From contig NC_043011.1 in assembly GCF_006345805.1 (NCBI RefSeq), forward strand, positions 16,256,464 through 16,320,463: DNA of 64,000 nt, read 5' to 3'. Positions 12,401 to 26,475 of this stretch are shown piece by piece. This stretch comes from Octopus sinensis. Its lineage: Eukaryota. Numbering within the stretch: position 1 is the first letter of the stretch; each line of letters begins with the position of its first letter. Below the pieces are notes generated by a model. The model worked only from the letters and a program-made list of their open reading frames with translations. It was not told the origin of the DNA and searched no databases. Position numbers and translations under genes: made by a program.

Positions 12401-14660
12401 ACATTTTCTGGCGGTGGAATAATCTACAACTCGTTGGAGGGAGGAAGCACTTGTCCATCCACACGAAAAATGTGTTATTGCACAGTTTTCTTCTAACTTA
12501 GCTTTACAAACCTAGCTTTACCCAGAATAGAGCACTTGAATGCAAGTAGCTTATGGCCACTCTGAAAACCGATTCACTTTATTAATGAAATATGGTCACC
12601 ACATATAGAAATAGTGGCCCTCAACGAGACCATAATTTAGGATGCACAAGCATTCTGATCCGCCCTCGAAGGCTACGGGTCGTATTCATCTTCGATCGGC
12701 TACATATGTCGAAGACATGATATGTACGGTCGACTTAAATAGGTTTCATTGGCAAACATCAAATTACTGGAAGCTGCGGCTGTAGTTTCTTGTCAAGATA
12801 GGAAGAAACAATTAGTGAAGTGAGCTTTAACTGGTGCAATTTTCAACAATAAATGGTTTTTCGACTTGAAAAGGCTGATAAAAGCAGAATCGATAGGATT
12901 TAGTCAGAATGTAAACACATACGGGTGTTTGAAGCGTAGAAGACGCGCCTAGAAAAAGCAGCGGAACCGACGCGTTTGCGGCAATTTGTTTCCTTCTATA
13001 ACATCCTCATAGGAATCATTAATATAAAAATATCTGACTTTCCCTGGTTTAAATTTTTTTTATATGTTATAAAGTTTTCTTACAAACTGATACTCTCTCT
13101 GGCTCCCTCAACATTTTGCTCATGGAATTCGAGATAATTAAAAAATAGGTTCATTGCAGTAAACTGTGTTGATCTTGCATGCTTTTCTACTTTCATAATT
13201 GTTGTATCCGTTCTACATATTTTATAATAGGCTTGGAGTCTGTATAACAATATAAGCATGTCAAAATTTATTTTGATTTATATATCTATAACATATTTTT
13301 GGAAACATGGTTTATTACTTCCATTTTATAGACATTTATCTCAGAAACGGATATTTAAAAAATCGCAAAACGTATATAATATGCTTTGTTATGTGTGTGA
13401 TATAGAATATTTACCTTAAATGCCATTATTTATTTTTTATTAAAGAAATCTGTGACAAAATTAATAAGCCTTTTAGCCAGAGGTAAAATAAAATATTTCC
13501 ACAGAATATTATAAGTTATAAATACTAAAGATGCTAAAATTACGTCAAAGTAATTTCAATAAATTCCTTTACAAAATCACCGTTAGAAAATAACCGAATT
13601 TTTAATTGCAATTAGCAAACTGCAAGTGATATAGTAGAGATATGCTATTCAAGTTACTAATAGTAACGTATGTGTTACTGCTTAAATAATTCTGAATATA
13701 ACTCTTGAAGCAAAACTTTTACAGTGCTAACTGCATTAGTTTCTTGGTAATATTTTAGTGTTGCATTTGCATATTTTGTGTAGCAACCATTACTGATATT
13801 GTTTCCGACGTTACTATTTTTCTACTTACGTATTAAAAGATTTCAGCATACGTAAAACATTTCGGTTGAAGAATTCCTCTGACTATCTTTTTTTAAAGTT
13901 CTATGCCTTCAAGCCATATGTTATGTTACTTCTAAATTACTTGTGTAAAAACCCATCTCCTTTATCTTCCCACCTATTTTAATTAAAGCGCATTATGAGG
14001 CAGTAGCCATAGGAATATTTGCTGCATATCCAGTTACAGAGATATAAATATTGCTTTCATTTTCTACAAATTTTGTATTGATTTTCTTCTGTACACACTT
14101 TGCATTTAATCCACTCTATCGCGCTGTGATGCGAGTTACTGAGATTTATGAAATTAATCTACTGTAAGTTAAAATATACTTCAAAATTTTCAAATTATGC
14201 ATGGAAAAATGAAAAGTTAACACAGCGATATGAATATCCCAGGTATTTAACTCCTATTTCATGTCACTCAGTGATTTAAAATGAAGGGAGAAAATATCTT
14301 GAATCTAAACTAAAAGAGCCTTGTGTTTAGAAATCAAAAAGGAAATAAACCCTGCAGAGATAACTTAGTCCGGCATTATAGTCTCCATCTATTTACGACT
14401 TTATATAATACCATGTCATATAAAAAAAAAAATAATAAATAAAAACTTTCTTTCTTTGTGTAGCTTTATTTTATAAAGAAAGCTGTGGGGCTGTTCATTG
14501 ATTCTGTTTTATGCAATAAAGGATAAGATATTAGCCCCAAGGAGGGTGTGATATATCATTTGTACAGAGTTTGTGTATGACATAACACATGTCTTTCTTT
14601 GCGCTGTAGTTATATTTTCGAACCATTACAATAGCTGCATCACTACGTCATCTGCCCACG

Positions 14661-15021
<361 letters not shown>

Positions 15022-15777
15022 AAAAGAAAACAATATATACATACTGAAAAAGCGAGAAAGAGAGAGTGAGAGAAATAAAGAGAGAGAAAGAGTAGGAGAG
15101 TGAGAGAAAGAGAATGATTGAAGTAGTTAAATATAAATAATTGATGTTGGTTACAGGTAAAGAGTTTACAAATAGTTTAGACATGTAAACTATTCTTATG
15201 AGACTGCGTAGAAGAGTACTACTGTCCATGGTTGTACGTCATAAGTCTCTCTGAGTGCCCGTTCGCCAAATTCTTAGACCTACAGAAAATGCATAGGGAT
15301 TGTTCACAACAAAATTTACGCGCGTAAGAAAACGTATTCTAAATAACAGACTAAGTTATTGTGTATTTCACCCTTTGGCATTTTAGTCTCGAAATTTGTC
15401 GGCCATTGAGGAGCAATGTTTCGTATTGATGCTTTTGAATGGCGCAGCATGGTGGCAATATCGATTTTTGAAGGAATCAGCATTGGCTCCAATATACATA
15501 AATACACCTGTTCCTGTATTCACTGTGCATGTGCAAATTAGGTTCATCCCAAGGAATTCATTTTTGAGAAGAAATACGCTTCTGTCCCTGAAACTATAAA
15601 TTGTTCTTCACGCTTCTTTCTCTTGGGTGGTAAACTGTCGTCCTTCCGTTCTTTGCTCTTCGTTTATTTTTTCTGTCCTCGAATGCTCCATTGGTTGCAC
15701 GCAACGCATCTAGAGGATTAATCAATTGCTGGTGAAAAGATAATTTATGGACACCTTTTATCTATTTAGCTACCGTC

Positions 15778-15857
<80 letters not shown>

Positions 15858-15859
15858 AT

Positions 15860-16105
15860 ATTTTTTTTTTCTTTTTTTTTTTTTACCACTTCCGTCTTTT
15901 CAGTATGTGACCTCGTGAAGACTACCTGCAATTTTTTCCTCTGTCCTCCCGTCTCGGGATCTTTCTTTCTCCTATGTTTCCGACGAAGAGCTCCGCTCGA
16001 AACGTCATACCCTCCTTCTTCCATTTTCCTGAGCGCCTAATAATAATAATACTGTAATTGTTCCACGTGTTGTTGTTTTTTCTGTTTTCCCGTTTGGCTT
16101 AACCC
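15860..16105 (+). mobile_element. Small Penelope-like/hammerhead-type non-autonomous element
   Basis: CCGACGA-A-GAGC-tcc-GCTC-GAAACGTC at 15980-16006 (U4>C relative to the core), then cctgagcg..ttgttccacgt..; flanked by microsatellites. Confidence 0.5.
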
Positions 16106-16187
16106 TATATATATATATATATATAGAAATCTATGCAAAGCTGTGTGTATGAACATATACATATATACGTATATATATGCTTATTTA

Positions 16188-16293
<106 letters not shown>

Positions 16294-17533
16294 ACAGTCA
16301 TATACGCATGCGTTCTCTATGCGCAATGCCATGTGTTGTGACACACGAGAGTGATGTGCCAATTAGAGCATTATTTCTCCGATCTCAGATTATTTTCTTT
16401 CTGATGTTTGAAAAAGGAGAGAATTTCCCCTAAATATTTTAAAACCATTAATCTATCTATGCCAGATAATACATCTTTTCTCCCTGTCTGTATTCATTGG
16501 CACTGGCTTATCTAATTTAGGCTTCTCATCCTGTGAGCCTGAAACGTAAACTAGATGTCTCCAAATCATCTATGTATACTGAGTGCTAGAGCTGAATTTG
16601 ATGATATTCATGACTCGCTTTTTCAGGAACATCATGATTTATTGGTGAACAATGAATGGCCTTAGAGTGAATTAATATTAAAGCTATAGTTAAGAAGCCT
16701 TAGCTAACATAGGGTGCTGGAAGTCACCTGAATATTGAAAAGAATTACTTGTACTATGATAGGTACAGGGTATGAAAATACCGGTCTCATGACTGCTAAT
16801 CAATTCTTTGTGAATACGGTACTGTTTACAAGACGTGATATAAATAGCTACAAAGGAGACTATAAAGATGTTGGCAACAGGAAGGGAAACAGCATGCGTT
16901 TGAACTGCGTCTGCACACAGGAATCCACCCACCTCCAAATTTAAACATTGTTTTAGTCACAATTCAGACGGTGATGTGAAGCTGCAAGAAATTGGTCAAT
17001 CCCTGCCTGAAGTGATTGGAGCCTTAACGTGTGATTAAAAGCGTAAAAATTCTCAAACAGCCAGTTTTGATTCCTAGAAGACTATTTTGAGTGAGTCATC
17101 CTTCACTCTTCGTTAGAGCATGCCTCGAAGAGATGTCCACTATGAAATAAGGCCAGCATTGGTTGTTTAGAGGATCTTTTCCATGCGCTTGAGATAATGG
17201 TGCTCCCATATTCCTGAAACTACGATCCATATTGGCAATAAAAACCTTGCATCTCCTTAATTCTGGATCATATGAATGGGATGGAGGGAATCTATAAAGA
17301 GTTGTGCAATTTTTATTCGTGCTAATATTTCTACGGATGATGATTTTTCAATGATGGTCATACTCGCCAATGAGTTGAGATCCATCAGGTATACATATAT
17401 AGTCAGAAACATAGATATAGACTAGTAGAAAAGTATAGAGAGATAAATAAAGAGACAGACAGATTGACAGAAAGTCAGAGGGACAGATAGGCAGACAGAT
17501 AAACAGGCAGACGCGCAAACAGAAAAATACCCC

Positions 17534-17594
<61 letters not shown>

Positions 17595-17861
17595 TGGCTA
17601 CTCACTTCTCTTAACACAGCCAAGGTTGTAGAAACAGGAAGATTATATGCCTTAACACCTCTTACGGCCCACAGGGTAAAATTAACAGATGTGCTTGGTA
17701 CATGTCAGTCTTCTAAGAACACAACTAACTCTCAGAGTCTTATAAGAAAACATGTGATGATTTTCAAAACGGTAAAAATGTAAACAATAAATTAAAAACG
17801 GTGGCATATTAGCAATTAGAACCTAAAGGCAAGATACAATGGGATTTTGTTCCACAAGGAT

Positions 17862-18245
17862 TTACAGGTCGTCCTCATCGTGTTTTACAGATCTTAGGCT
17901 GTAGCTTCCGGCTCGGAATTTCTGGAACCACCTTATGCTTAATGTCCGATCCCCATATACTGCATTAATAGTTCTCGCACTTTCCATTCCGTTGTTGCCT
18001 TTATTAAACTCATAAAGCAAAATATGCAGAATATGCTCCTTTGTCACTTCCATTGTAGCTTTGAAAAATAAGTGTTAAAATCGAACTGCACTTTTCATTC
18101 AAACTTTCACTAAAAATAAGTACAATGTAAATTTACAACCTGCTGTTATAGCAAGTTGACACAGGGAGTTTATCCCGTCGAACTCCGATGTGTAGTTCAT
18201 GCAAGTGAAAAAATCGCATTATTTATGGGATGACCGAATGTATAT
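17862..18245 (-). mobile_element. Mariner 5' fragment (TIR plus N-terminal HTH of the transposase)
   Basis: MEVTKEHILHILLYEFNKGNN..ESARTINAVYGDRT..RWFQKFRAGSYSL is a typical mariner N-terminus; TIR-like attcggtcatcccataaataatgcg near 18215-18240. Confidence 0.85.
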
Positions 18246-19476
18246 GTAGTACCAAAAAATAATTTCGCTCTTCATTTTCACTCAAAACACAATCGCTTTC
18301 ATTAGCAATAACATTATCACACCCCAAGATCAGTTTTCTTGATTCCTTGGGTTTTCCCTCCTTTGATGAATGCGATGACAGAGTAGAAATCAAGCTGTTA
18401 TGGATGAACAATATGATTTTATAGGAATGTTAATTTTTAAATAATCCTGATGTTATTGCTTTTTTTAAAATTTTAAGCAAAATGTGTTACTCTGACCGAA
18501 TAATTCTATGATGGAAGTCTTTTTTCCCGTGATATTTTATTTTACAAAATATATTACAGTATATCTAGGGGACATAATATTTGATGTACATTACAACGTA
18601 AAGTTCTTTCATTGTCTTATGATAAGGTAATTATTGTTTATGTAGTACACAGATCATGGTTGGAAACATGTGGAATTGTTAAAATCTAGGTTGTCTCGGC
18701 CGAGCCCAGTCAAAATTGAGCAAAGAGTATTGAGCAATTCGGCTACGAATGTATAGGTGTAAGCTAAAAGTAATTTGTCAATAATATGTATGCAAACATT
18801 TCATCTTTCGACAACCGCATTAGTTGTGACATTTCAAAATTTCCTCTCCATAGTATATCCATGATTAAATTATATCGTACGTTATTATTAAAACGACAAA
18901 ATGTTTAAAGACATTTTAGTCACAACTTCTTGTTACTGCGGAGAACAAAACGCATTTGCTTGTTGAGTTTTTGATAAATTTATGTTTCAGAAAATATAAA
19001 ATATGATTATAACGCATGACTTAATGCTGACATCAAAATTTTACGAAGAAAGATTTATCACAGAAGTAAAATATATTAGATACATAAAATATCCGGCCTT
19101 GTATTTATTAACTGAAAGCAGTTGGAAACACACGTATGTTTATTGAGGATATACGATTTGGCAGAAATATGAATTTTGGCAGAAGCACTTATGATTTGAC
19201 ATCAAATTTATGTTTAAGCATTTACTAAAAGGTTTTCCTATCGTGTCTTTCGTCATCTTCTTTTATTACTGTCTTTATTTTACTAGGCTTTATTATATAT
19301 TAAGCGTTTACAGTAAAAAGGTCCACAATCATTTCTTTTTTCCCTAAATATTTGGGAACCAAATTTTGTTTTGTATTTGTGGAAATTATTGCTAAAGATT
19401 CTTAGCTATTTTCAATGAGGAAAACCGTAAATAATTATTTTTCTGTATGCTTATGTATGTATGTGCATATGTACAC

Positions 19477-19601
<125 letters not shown>

Positions 19602-19904
19602 TGTATATATATATATATTATATATATATATATGTTTCAACTGTTTTTTAAACACAAAATAATGCAAGTTATTTTGCATTATATATGTGTGTGTATCACG
19701 TTTACTTATTCTCTTATTTTTAGTTTTAGTCCAAGGACTGCGGCCATGCTGGGGCACCACTGTTTAATATGCTACATTTACATTAAACCTCTTCTTGTAG
19801 GTGACATTTGGTGAATGAGGGCGTTCGACGTTGCTGCCTTCATCTGTGTTTCTTGCCTAGAGGTAGGTTCATCCGGAACTCTTAACAGAAGGCGATCTAG
19901 TTTT

Positions 19905-20099
19905 ATATTTACATTATTTACATTATTTACATTCGACGGATATTTGTCCCCACAACGTTTCGGCTGATATACCTTCCAGCCATCCTCAGGTGTCTTGGGG
20001 AAATTTCGAACAAGATGAGGAGAAATATCCGTGAAATATAAGTAATATAAATAATATAAATAAAGTACATAATTCCTCATCTCTTAAATATAGAACTGT
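19905..20099. mobile_element. Hammerhead module inserted as an inverted (head-to-head) duplication with a 13-bp TSD
   Basis: gcgatctagtttt occurs at 19892-19904 and 20100-20112; left half is the minus-strand and right half the plus-strand copy of the 14860-15021 module. Confidence 0.75.
19951..19994 (-). ncRNA. Minimal hammerhead motif with intact core but shortened stem I
   Basis: Minus strand gacac CTGAGGA T GGCTG gaaggtatat CAGCC GAAA CGTT gtg; palindromic ACGT mini-stem III, GUU cleavage triplet, stem I only CAC/GTG. Confidence 0.65.
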
Positions 20100-21369
20100 G
20101 CGATCTAGTTTTGTTTTCAAATAGCATACATCCATGCCATGCAGGCCCCTCAAGCTTTGTGAGAGGATATTTGAAGCACAAGCTGTTGCAGTATCTGGTC
20201 CTGTACTCTGACGGCAATTTTCACACATTTGGTAACATGCAGTAGCACTCCGTCCTGCTGCTTCTGTAAGTGACTATCCCAAAGATTACAACAAGCTTTT
20301 CGAGGATTTTGTATATTTATATCTGTTCCGCTTTCCTTCCAGAGAGTAGAGTCTTAACCCTTTCATTCTCGCACAGTAGCTGATATCTCGCATTCTATCG
20401 ATTCTCTTTGTGTAGCCTCGCTGCTTCGTCAAGAGTTCCCTCGTTAATTTTACACTGTTTGGTGACCACCGTTGGGAGAGCTAATCCTGACGGCTGAGAA
20501 CGAAAATCCTTCAGAAAACCACTATGGTTTCCTTTTCTCTTGTTTTGGAAGTTCGAAGGATCCACCCGCCCAGACGTCTACATTTTATTGCCAACTTAGA
20601 AACGCGCTTCTGGAACGATGCATCATTATTCATGTCAACGCCCATGTCACGCACTGATTTTGAAACAGGGATTGAAATCCTCATGTTCCAGTGTTTCCTA
20701 CTTGCTTTTCATTGAGCTTCCTGTGTAATTAGCGCAGGTCTTGGAATTTTCCAGCGTTATAATTTATGTTAATTTATTCAGTCCACATGTATATTGCGTC
20801 CAACTCTCGTTGCCGATGCACAACCTCTCCAGGGTTCTGCATCCTATGAGAGACTTTCGTATCATTTGCATAGCTAGCAAGGTTAGCTACTTGAGCATCT
20901 GAGGGTATGTCAGAGAAGGCCACTATAATAAGTAGTGGCCCCAGGCCAGTGCCCTATCCACACCACCCGTTATTTGTGTTTTACAGGAGATGGACCCATT
21001 AAGAACCACTAATTGACTTCTATGTTTTAGAAAGTTATGTAGCCATTCTCCAAGTTTTTCAAATATGCTAAGATTTCGGAAACATCATGCCATGGTCAAA
21101 GACTTTTTCAAAAACGAGGTATATCACGTCCATGTTTGAATTGTTAAGCGGCTGCTTTAGCACCCAGTCCTGATGCTGCAAGAGCTGTGTAAGGCAGCTC
21201 TTGCAGACTGGGACGCGATTAATCGTGATCTTTCACAAGTTGATTGAGCCTTCACGCACGCACACACCACCACCACCAACATAAACACATCGTGGCATAC
21301 ATTTGCAGATGCTGTAACACATACATCGCAAAACAAACTCCATTAAGATCAGTATATAATTTTAAATGC

Positions 21370-22655
21370 AAAATCCCTAGAAATACAAGAGCAATTATCA
21401 GAAAATTAAAAAGAATTAGCAAGAAAATCAACCAACTTAAATACTCCCGGCAGCAACGCCCCCATGCGACTGTCACAGCAGATGAGGAGAGTTGGGCCAA
21501 TGAGAATATAAAACTCAATCCCAAAGTGCTCTTTTCATTTGCAAAAAAAAAAAATAATAAAGACGCCGTTTCCACTATTGGTCCTCTGGTTGATGAGTAC
21601 AACACTCTACATGATGAGGCAAAATCTATGTGCGAGATACTAGACAGACAATACTGCTCTGTTTTCTGTAACATTCATGCGGTTGATCTGGCTAGTATCA
21701 GTGATGTAAAACCTCAACTAATTATATCTGACAAATTTTGGTGCCTCTGATATCCTAGCAGAAATAGATAAGATCCAGTAGATCTCGGCAGTAGGTCCCG
21801 ATAAGTTCTCGGCCTCTCTCCTGAAGACGTGTCGACATTAAATTGCACCCCCTATCGCTGAGCTCTGGAGAATCTCACTTGATGCAGGCTACATTCCTGA
21901 TCATTTTGTTTCCCGGTCTGTCGTTCCAGTTTTCAAAAATGAAACAGATCTCTTGCAGTGAACTACAGTCCGATTTCACTCACCCTTCATATCGTTAAAG
22001 TATTTGAAAGGGTGGTGAGATTGCGAATAACACACTTCCTCGAAGACAACAATCTGCTGAATCCCAACCATCATGGTTTCCGTGATGGCAGGGACTGCCT
22101 GTCGCAGCTTCTGCGTCATTTTGATACATCTTAAAAGCATTGGGAGAAGCTCCAACACTGACGGCATATAACTTGATTTCAGGAAGGCATTTGACACAGT
22201 GGACCACAAAATCCTGCTGAAGAAACTGTCCCATATTAGAGTCCGTAGAAAGCTGCAGAAATGGATAAAGTGTTTCCTGACGAACAGAACCCAACATGTT
22301 TTGTGTTTGAGGAAAAACGATCAAGCTCAGCTAGAGTCAGTAGTGGTGCTCCACAAGGCTCTGTGTTGGGCCCAATCTTCTTCATTATCTATATCAATGG
22401 CATGGTAGATGTCATCAAACATTCTACATTGAAAATCTTTGCAGATGATTCCAAACTCCAGAAACCCATAGACGGCATTTGTTTGCTGTTGACCAATGGA
22501 CGGAAAAAGACAATATGCTTCTAAAATAAGATAAGTTTGATTTGATCCACTTTGTAAAAGAGAATACTCTGACATTACCATATTCTCTTCCATCGGGCTG
22601 CTCCCTAGTGTAATTCCAAACACCTGAGACCTTCGAATAATTTCTGACAACAATT
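21370..22655 (+). mobile_element. CR1/Jockey-group LINE ORF2 remnant (reverse transcriptase)
   Basis: [82 protein letters not shown]; many frameshifts and stops. Confidence 0.9.
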
Positions 22656-22763
22656 TAAACACACATACATATACGTTTACATATATATATATATAAACGT
22701 TTATACATATATGTTTATATAAGTATATATATATATATATATATATACATATATACTTATATA

Positions 22764-22832
<69 letters not shown>

Positions 22833-23574
22833 ATATATATACATACGCATACTTTTACCTATGTATATATGTGTGTTTATTGTTACACAAGTGCGCTCAT
22901 GTATGTATGCAGGTTTATGCATTTCTTGAAGACATTCTTTTGCAATTATAGACCAGCTTCTTATATTTGTGATAATATCTGCTTAGGGAGGTGTTTTGTC
23001 TTCGCCTTTACAAAGGAAGGAAAGACGACAGAAGTGCAGAGAATATAAAAATATAGACCAACACCCAATACATCAAACACATATCCAATTAACAGAAATA
23101 AATATAACACAAATAAAAAGCTGTCACTAAAATACCCTTTTCTGAAATATAATATTGAAACCACTCATAGACAGTATTACGAGAATGAAATTATGTTTGT
23201 ATGATCAAGTTATGAAAATCTTATAAACGAAGGCGCATGACGAAAGTTTTAAGTAGCTGTCAACCTTTAGGATATACTATACTATACTAATAATATAATA
23301 TAATATAATATAATATAATATAATATAATATAATATTATAACACATAATATAATATAATATAATATAATATAATATATTATGAGCATATATAGATATAGA
23401 TGTATGTGTGTGTGTGCATGTGTCCTTCTTCGTTTATGCAAGTAGACGGCAGTACTTTTACTTTTAATGCCTTGTACTGATTCTAGCCGTTTCTTTGGCC
23501 AAACTGCTACTTTGCGTACCGACACCGGTTGTGTAGCAGTAGTGGGGAACAATTACAGATACAGAGGCACGCAC

Positions 23575-23676
<102 letters not shown>

Positions 23677-23689
23677 CAGGTGTTTGACC

Positions 23690-23893
23690 CTTCTGTCCGG
23701 CACTACTCGCCATAATGGATCGTTAGCCACTACACACATTTTTTTTCTCTCCTTGTTTTTTCTATGTCCCTTTCTGTAGAAGAGAGTAGGCTCGAAACGT
23801 AAAAGACTTTTTCTATTCCTGAGCGTTATACTAATACAACTGTTTGTTTTGTACACCACCTGTCTTCGTCTTTTTTGTTTCGTAAAATCTCCC
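23690..23893 (+). mobile_element. Small Penelope-like/hammerhead-type non-autonomous element
   Basis: gtcccttt CTGTAGA A GAG(A)gtag(G)CTC GAAACGTA aaagac at 23765-23807, then cctgagcg as in the 15980 element; flanked by (TA)n. Confidence 0.5.
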
Positions 23894-23894
23894 T

Positions 23895-23995
<101 letters not shown>

Positions 23996-24074
23996 ATGTG
24001 TATGTATGTATGTATGTATGTATGTATGTATGTATGTATGTATGTATGTATGTATGGGTACATACACATATGAC

Positions 24075-24200
24075 ACGATTCTTTCAGTTTCTGTCTACCT
24101 AATCCACTCACAAGTCTTTGGTTGACCCGAGGCTGTAGTAGAAGACACTTGCCCAAAGTGCCACTCAATGGAATTGAACCTGGAACCATGTGATGGCGAA
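24075..24200 (-). mobile_element. SINE family B, 5' half fragment
   Basis: ttctttcagtttc..ccactcacaag..gaagacacttgcccaaagtgccac..ggaaccatgtg. Confidence 0.75.
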
Positions 24201-24565
24201 ATGAAGTTCTTGTCATACTGGTATATTTATTTACGCACTCACCCTCATGCGTACACACATATCTATACGACTGAATCGACTCCATATTTCGTTTTGCAAA
24301 CATAATGTACTACAAGGCATATTAAACGTTTTTTATAATAGTTCAATATTCTGTTCTACTGTGTTAGCAGTGCTATCGCATCACTTGTTAATCTTATCGC
24401 TACAGTAATTTTATACGAATTTTAGCCATCACTGATTTTACTCATTACGCTTCTTTCATCTTTGATGTTATCGGTATTTAGATTACGCGTCTCGGATACG
24501 AAACGTCGTAACAAAATCAATGTTGGCTATAATTTCTATAGAAAATTTGTAGAAATAAACTTATA

Positions 24566-25617
24566 GGCGTAGGAGTGGCTGTGTGGTAAGTAGCTTGCTT
24601 ACCAACCACATGGTTCCGGGTTCATTCCCACTGCGTGGCTCCTTGGGTAAGTGTCTTCTACTATAGCCTCGGCCCGACCAAAGCCTTGTGAGTGGACTTG
24701 GTAGACGGAAACTGAAAGAAGCCCGTCGTATATATATATATTATATATATATATATATATTTGTGTGTGTGTGTGTGGTTGTGTGTCTGTGTTTGTCCCC
24801 CTAGCATTGCTTGACAACCGATGCTGGTGTGTTTACGTCCCCGTAACTTAGCGGTTCGGCTAAAGAGACCGATAGAATAAGTACTAGGCTTAAAAAGAAT
24901 AAGTCCTGGGCTCCATTTGCTCGACTAAACGGTGGTGCTCCAGCATGGCCACAGTCAAATGTTAGTTAGTTAGTTAATTTGGCTCAAAAGCAAATAGCAA
25001 GGCCATGTAGGGGGACATGGAGTTAAGTACACGGTGGTGTTCATATAAAGAGTTCAGACCACTTGAGGTCAAGGGAGGCTTTGAACAAAGCGGTCGTCGG
25101 CATCTTCACCATCTCGTCTGGCAGCTTGTTCCACGGATCCGCAACCCGGACGGAGAAAGCTCCTCTCCTTCGATTGAGATGAAATCGTCGCAGGTAGAGC
25201 TTTTCAGAATGACCCCGCAGCCGACGCTCTGGAGCAGGAGTGAAGAACAGCTCTTTCGAGAGGTTACACTTTCCGCTTATGATGTTGTGGACGAGAATGA
25301 GATCACCACGGCTGCGGCGTGTTTCTAGAGAATAAAGGTCGAGCGTCGTCAGCCTTTCTTCATAGGACAAATTTTTGAGACCATGAACCATGCGGGTAGC
25401 CAGCTTCTGGACTCATTCGAGATGCTGTATGTCTTTGAGGAGATAGGGAGAAGAGGCTTGAATCCCGTACTCCAATATGGGTCTCACCAGCGTCACATAG
25501 AGTGGTAGGAATATGGCTGCTGTGAGCATTCCGAATGACCGTCGAATCAAAAACAGAATTCCGCGTGCTTTGTTGGCAGCATGGACGCACTGAAACAAGT
25601 AAAAGAGTAAAAGAGTA
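24566..25617 (+). mobile_element. SINE family B interrupted in its 3' tail by a LINE fragment
   Basis: SINE runs 24566-24961 (..cagtcaaatg) and resumes at 25589 (actgaaacaagtaaaagagtaaaagagta). Confidence 0.85.
24962..25588 (-). mobile_element. 5'-truncated CR1-type LINE 3' end with (CTAA)n tail
   Basis: One frame: AANKARGILFLIRRSF..LYVTLVRPILEYG..HLE*VQKLATRMVHGLKNLSYEERL..LYSLETRRSRGDLI..LRGH..FSVRVADPWNKLP; single stop TGA at 25413-25415; tail ttaactaactaactaa. Confidence 0.92.
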
Positions 25618-26282
25618 TAGAGTAAAGAGAGTGATGTAATAGTACTGCTAAGAGAGTAGCTAACAGTATTGACTTCTAAAAGAGTTTAATATACTTTGTA
25701 GTTTATTAGGGTTGCAAAACGAAATAGTGTCCCTAAAAGGGATTAATATTTATGTACCAAATTCCATTAATATGTAGAAATTAGTATATCTAATATCGTT
25801 ACACCGCTATGTTTAGTAGCTATGTAAGAAGTGAGTCCGTAGATGGGTGCTGAAGAAGAAACAACTGATGAAATATAGCATATAAGCCCATCACCTATTT
25901 TTCGCCTCCGATCTCGTTGTTCTTTACATCTAGCGTCTCGGATACGAAGCGCCGCCACAAAATCAGCACTGGTTATAATTCTATAGAAAACCTGTAGCGG
26001 TAATCTTAAAATGTGAATTCAGATAATTTTTTTCTCACTATAAACCGTTCATAAGATATCCTTTCCGTATATTTGTAGCAGAACTTTCTTTCCGTGTTGT
26101 GGCATCATATTCAGAAGAATAAGACGAGGAAGCGAATTTCCGATCCTTACAATCGCGTTTGCTGTTAAAAATATTTCCAATTTCAATGTGGTATTTTCTT
26201 GTGATATCTTTTATCAATCTGCACAACGGCGACGCAAACGTCGACGAAGTGGAGTATACTACTACAATTACTAATACTGTAG

Positions 26283-26475
26283 AGGCGCGTGGCTTAGTGG
26301 CTAATGTGTTGAACTCAGGATCGTAAGGTTGTGGTTTCGATTCCTGGACCGGGCGATGCATTGTGTTCTTGAAAAAACACTTCATTTCACGTTGCTCCAG
26401 TCCACTCAGCTGGCAAAAATGAATAATCCTGCGACGCACCGGCGTCACGTCCCGGTGGGGAATTTCTACGCCACT
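26283..26475 (+). mobile_element. SINE family C, partial
   Basis: ggcgcgtggcttagtgg A-box, ggtttcgattcc B-box, ttcacgttgctccagtccactcagctggcaaaaatg. Confidence 0.8.

Noticed and set aside
12560-12900. IVALNET motif suggesting a LINE endonuclease
   Set aside because: Too short and degenerate to support a call.
16690-16944. Overlapping 69-82 aa ORFs on both strands in unique sequence
   Set aside because: No recognisable domain and no consistent splice-site pair; length is within chance expectation.
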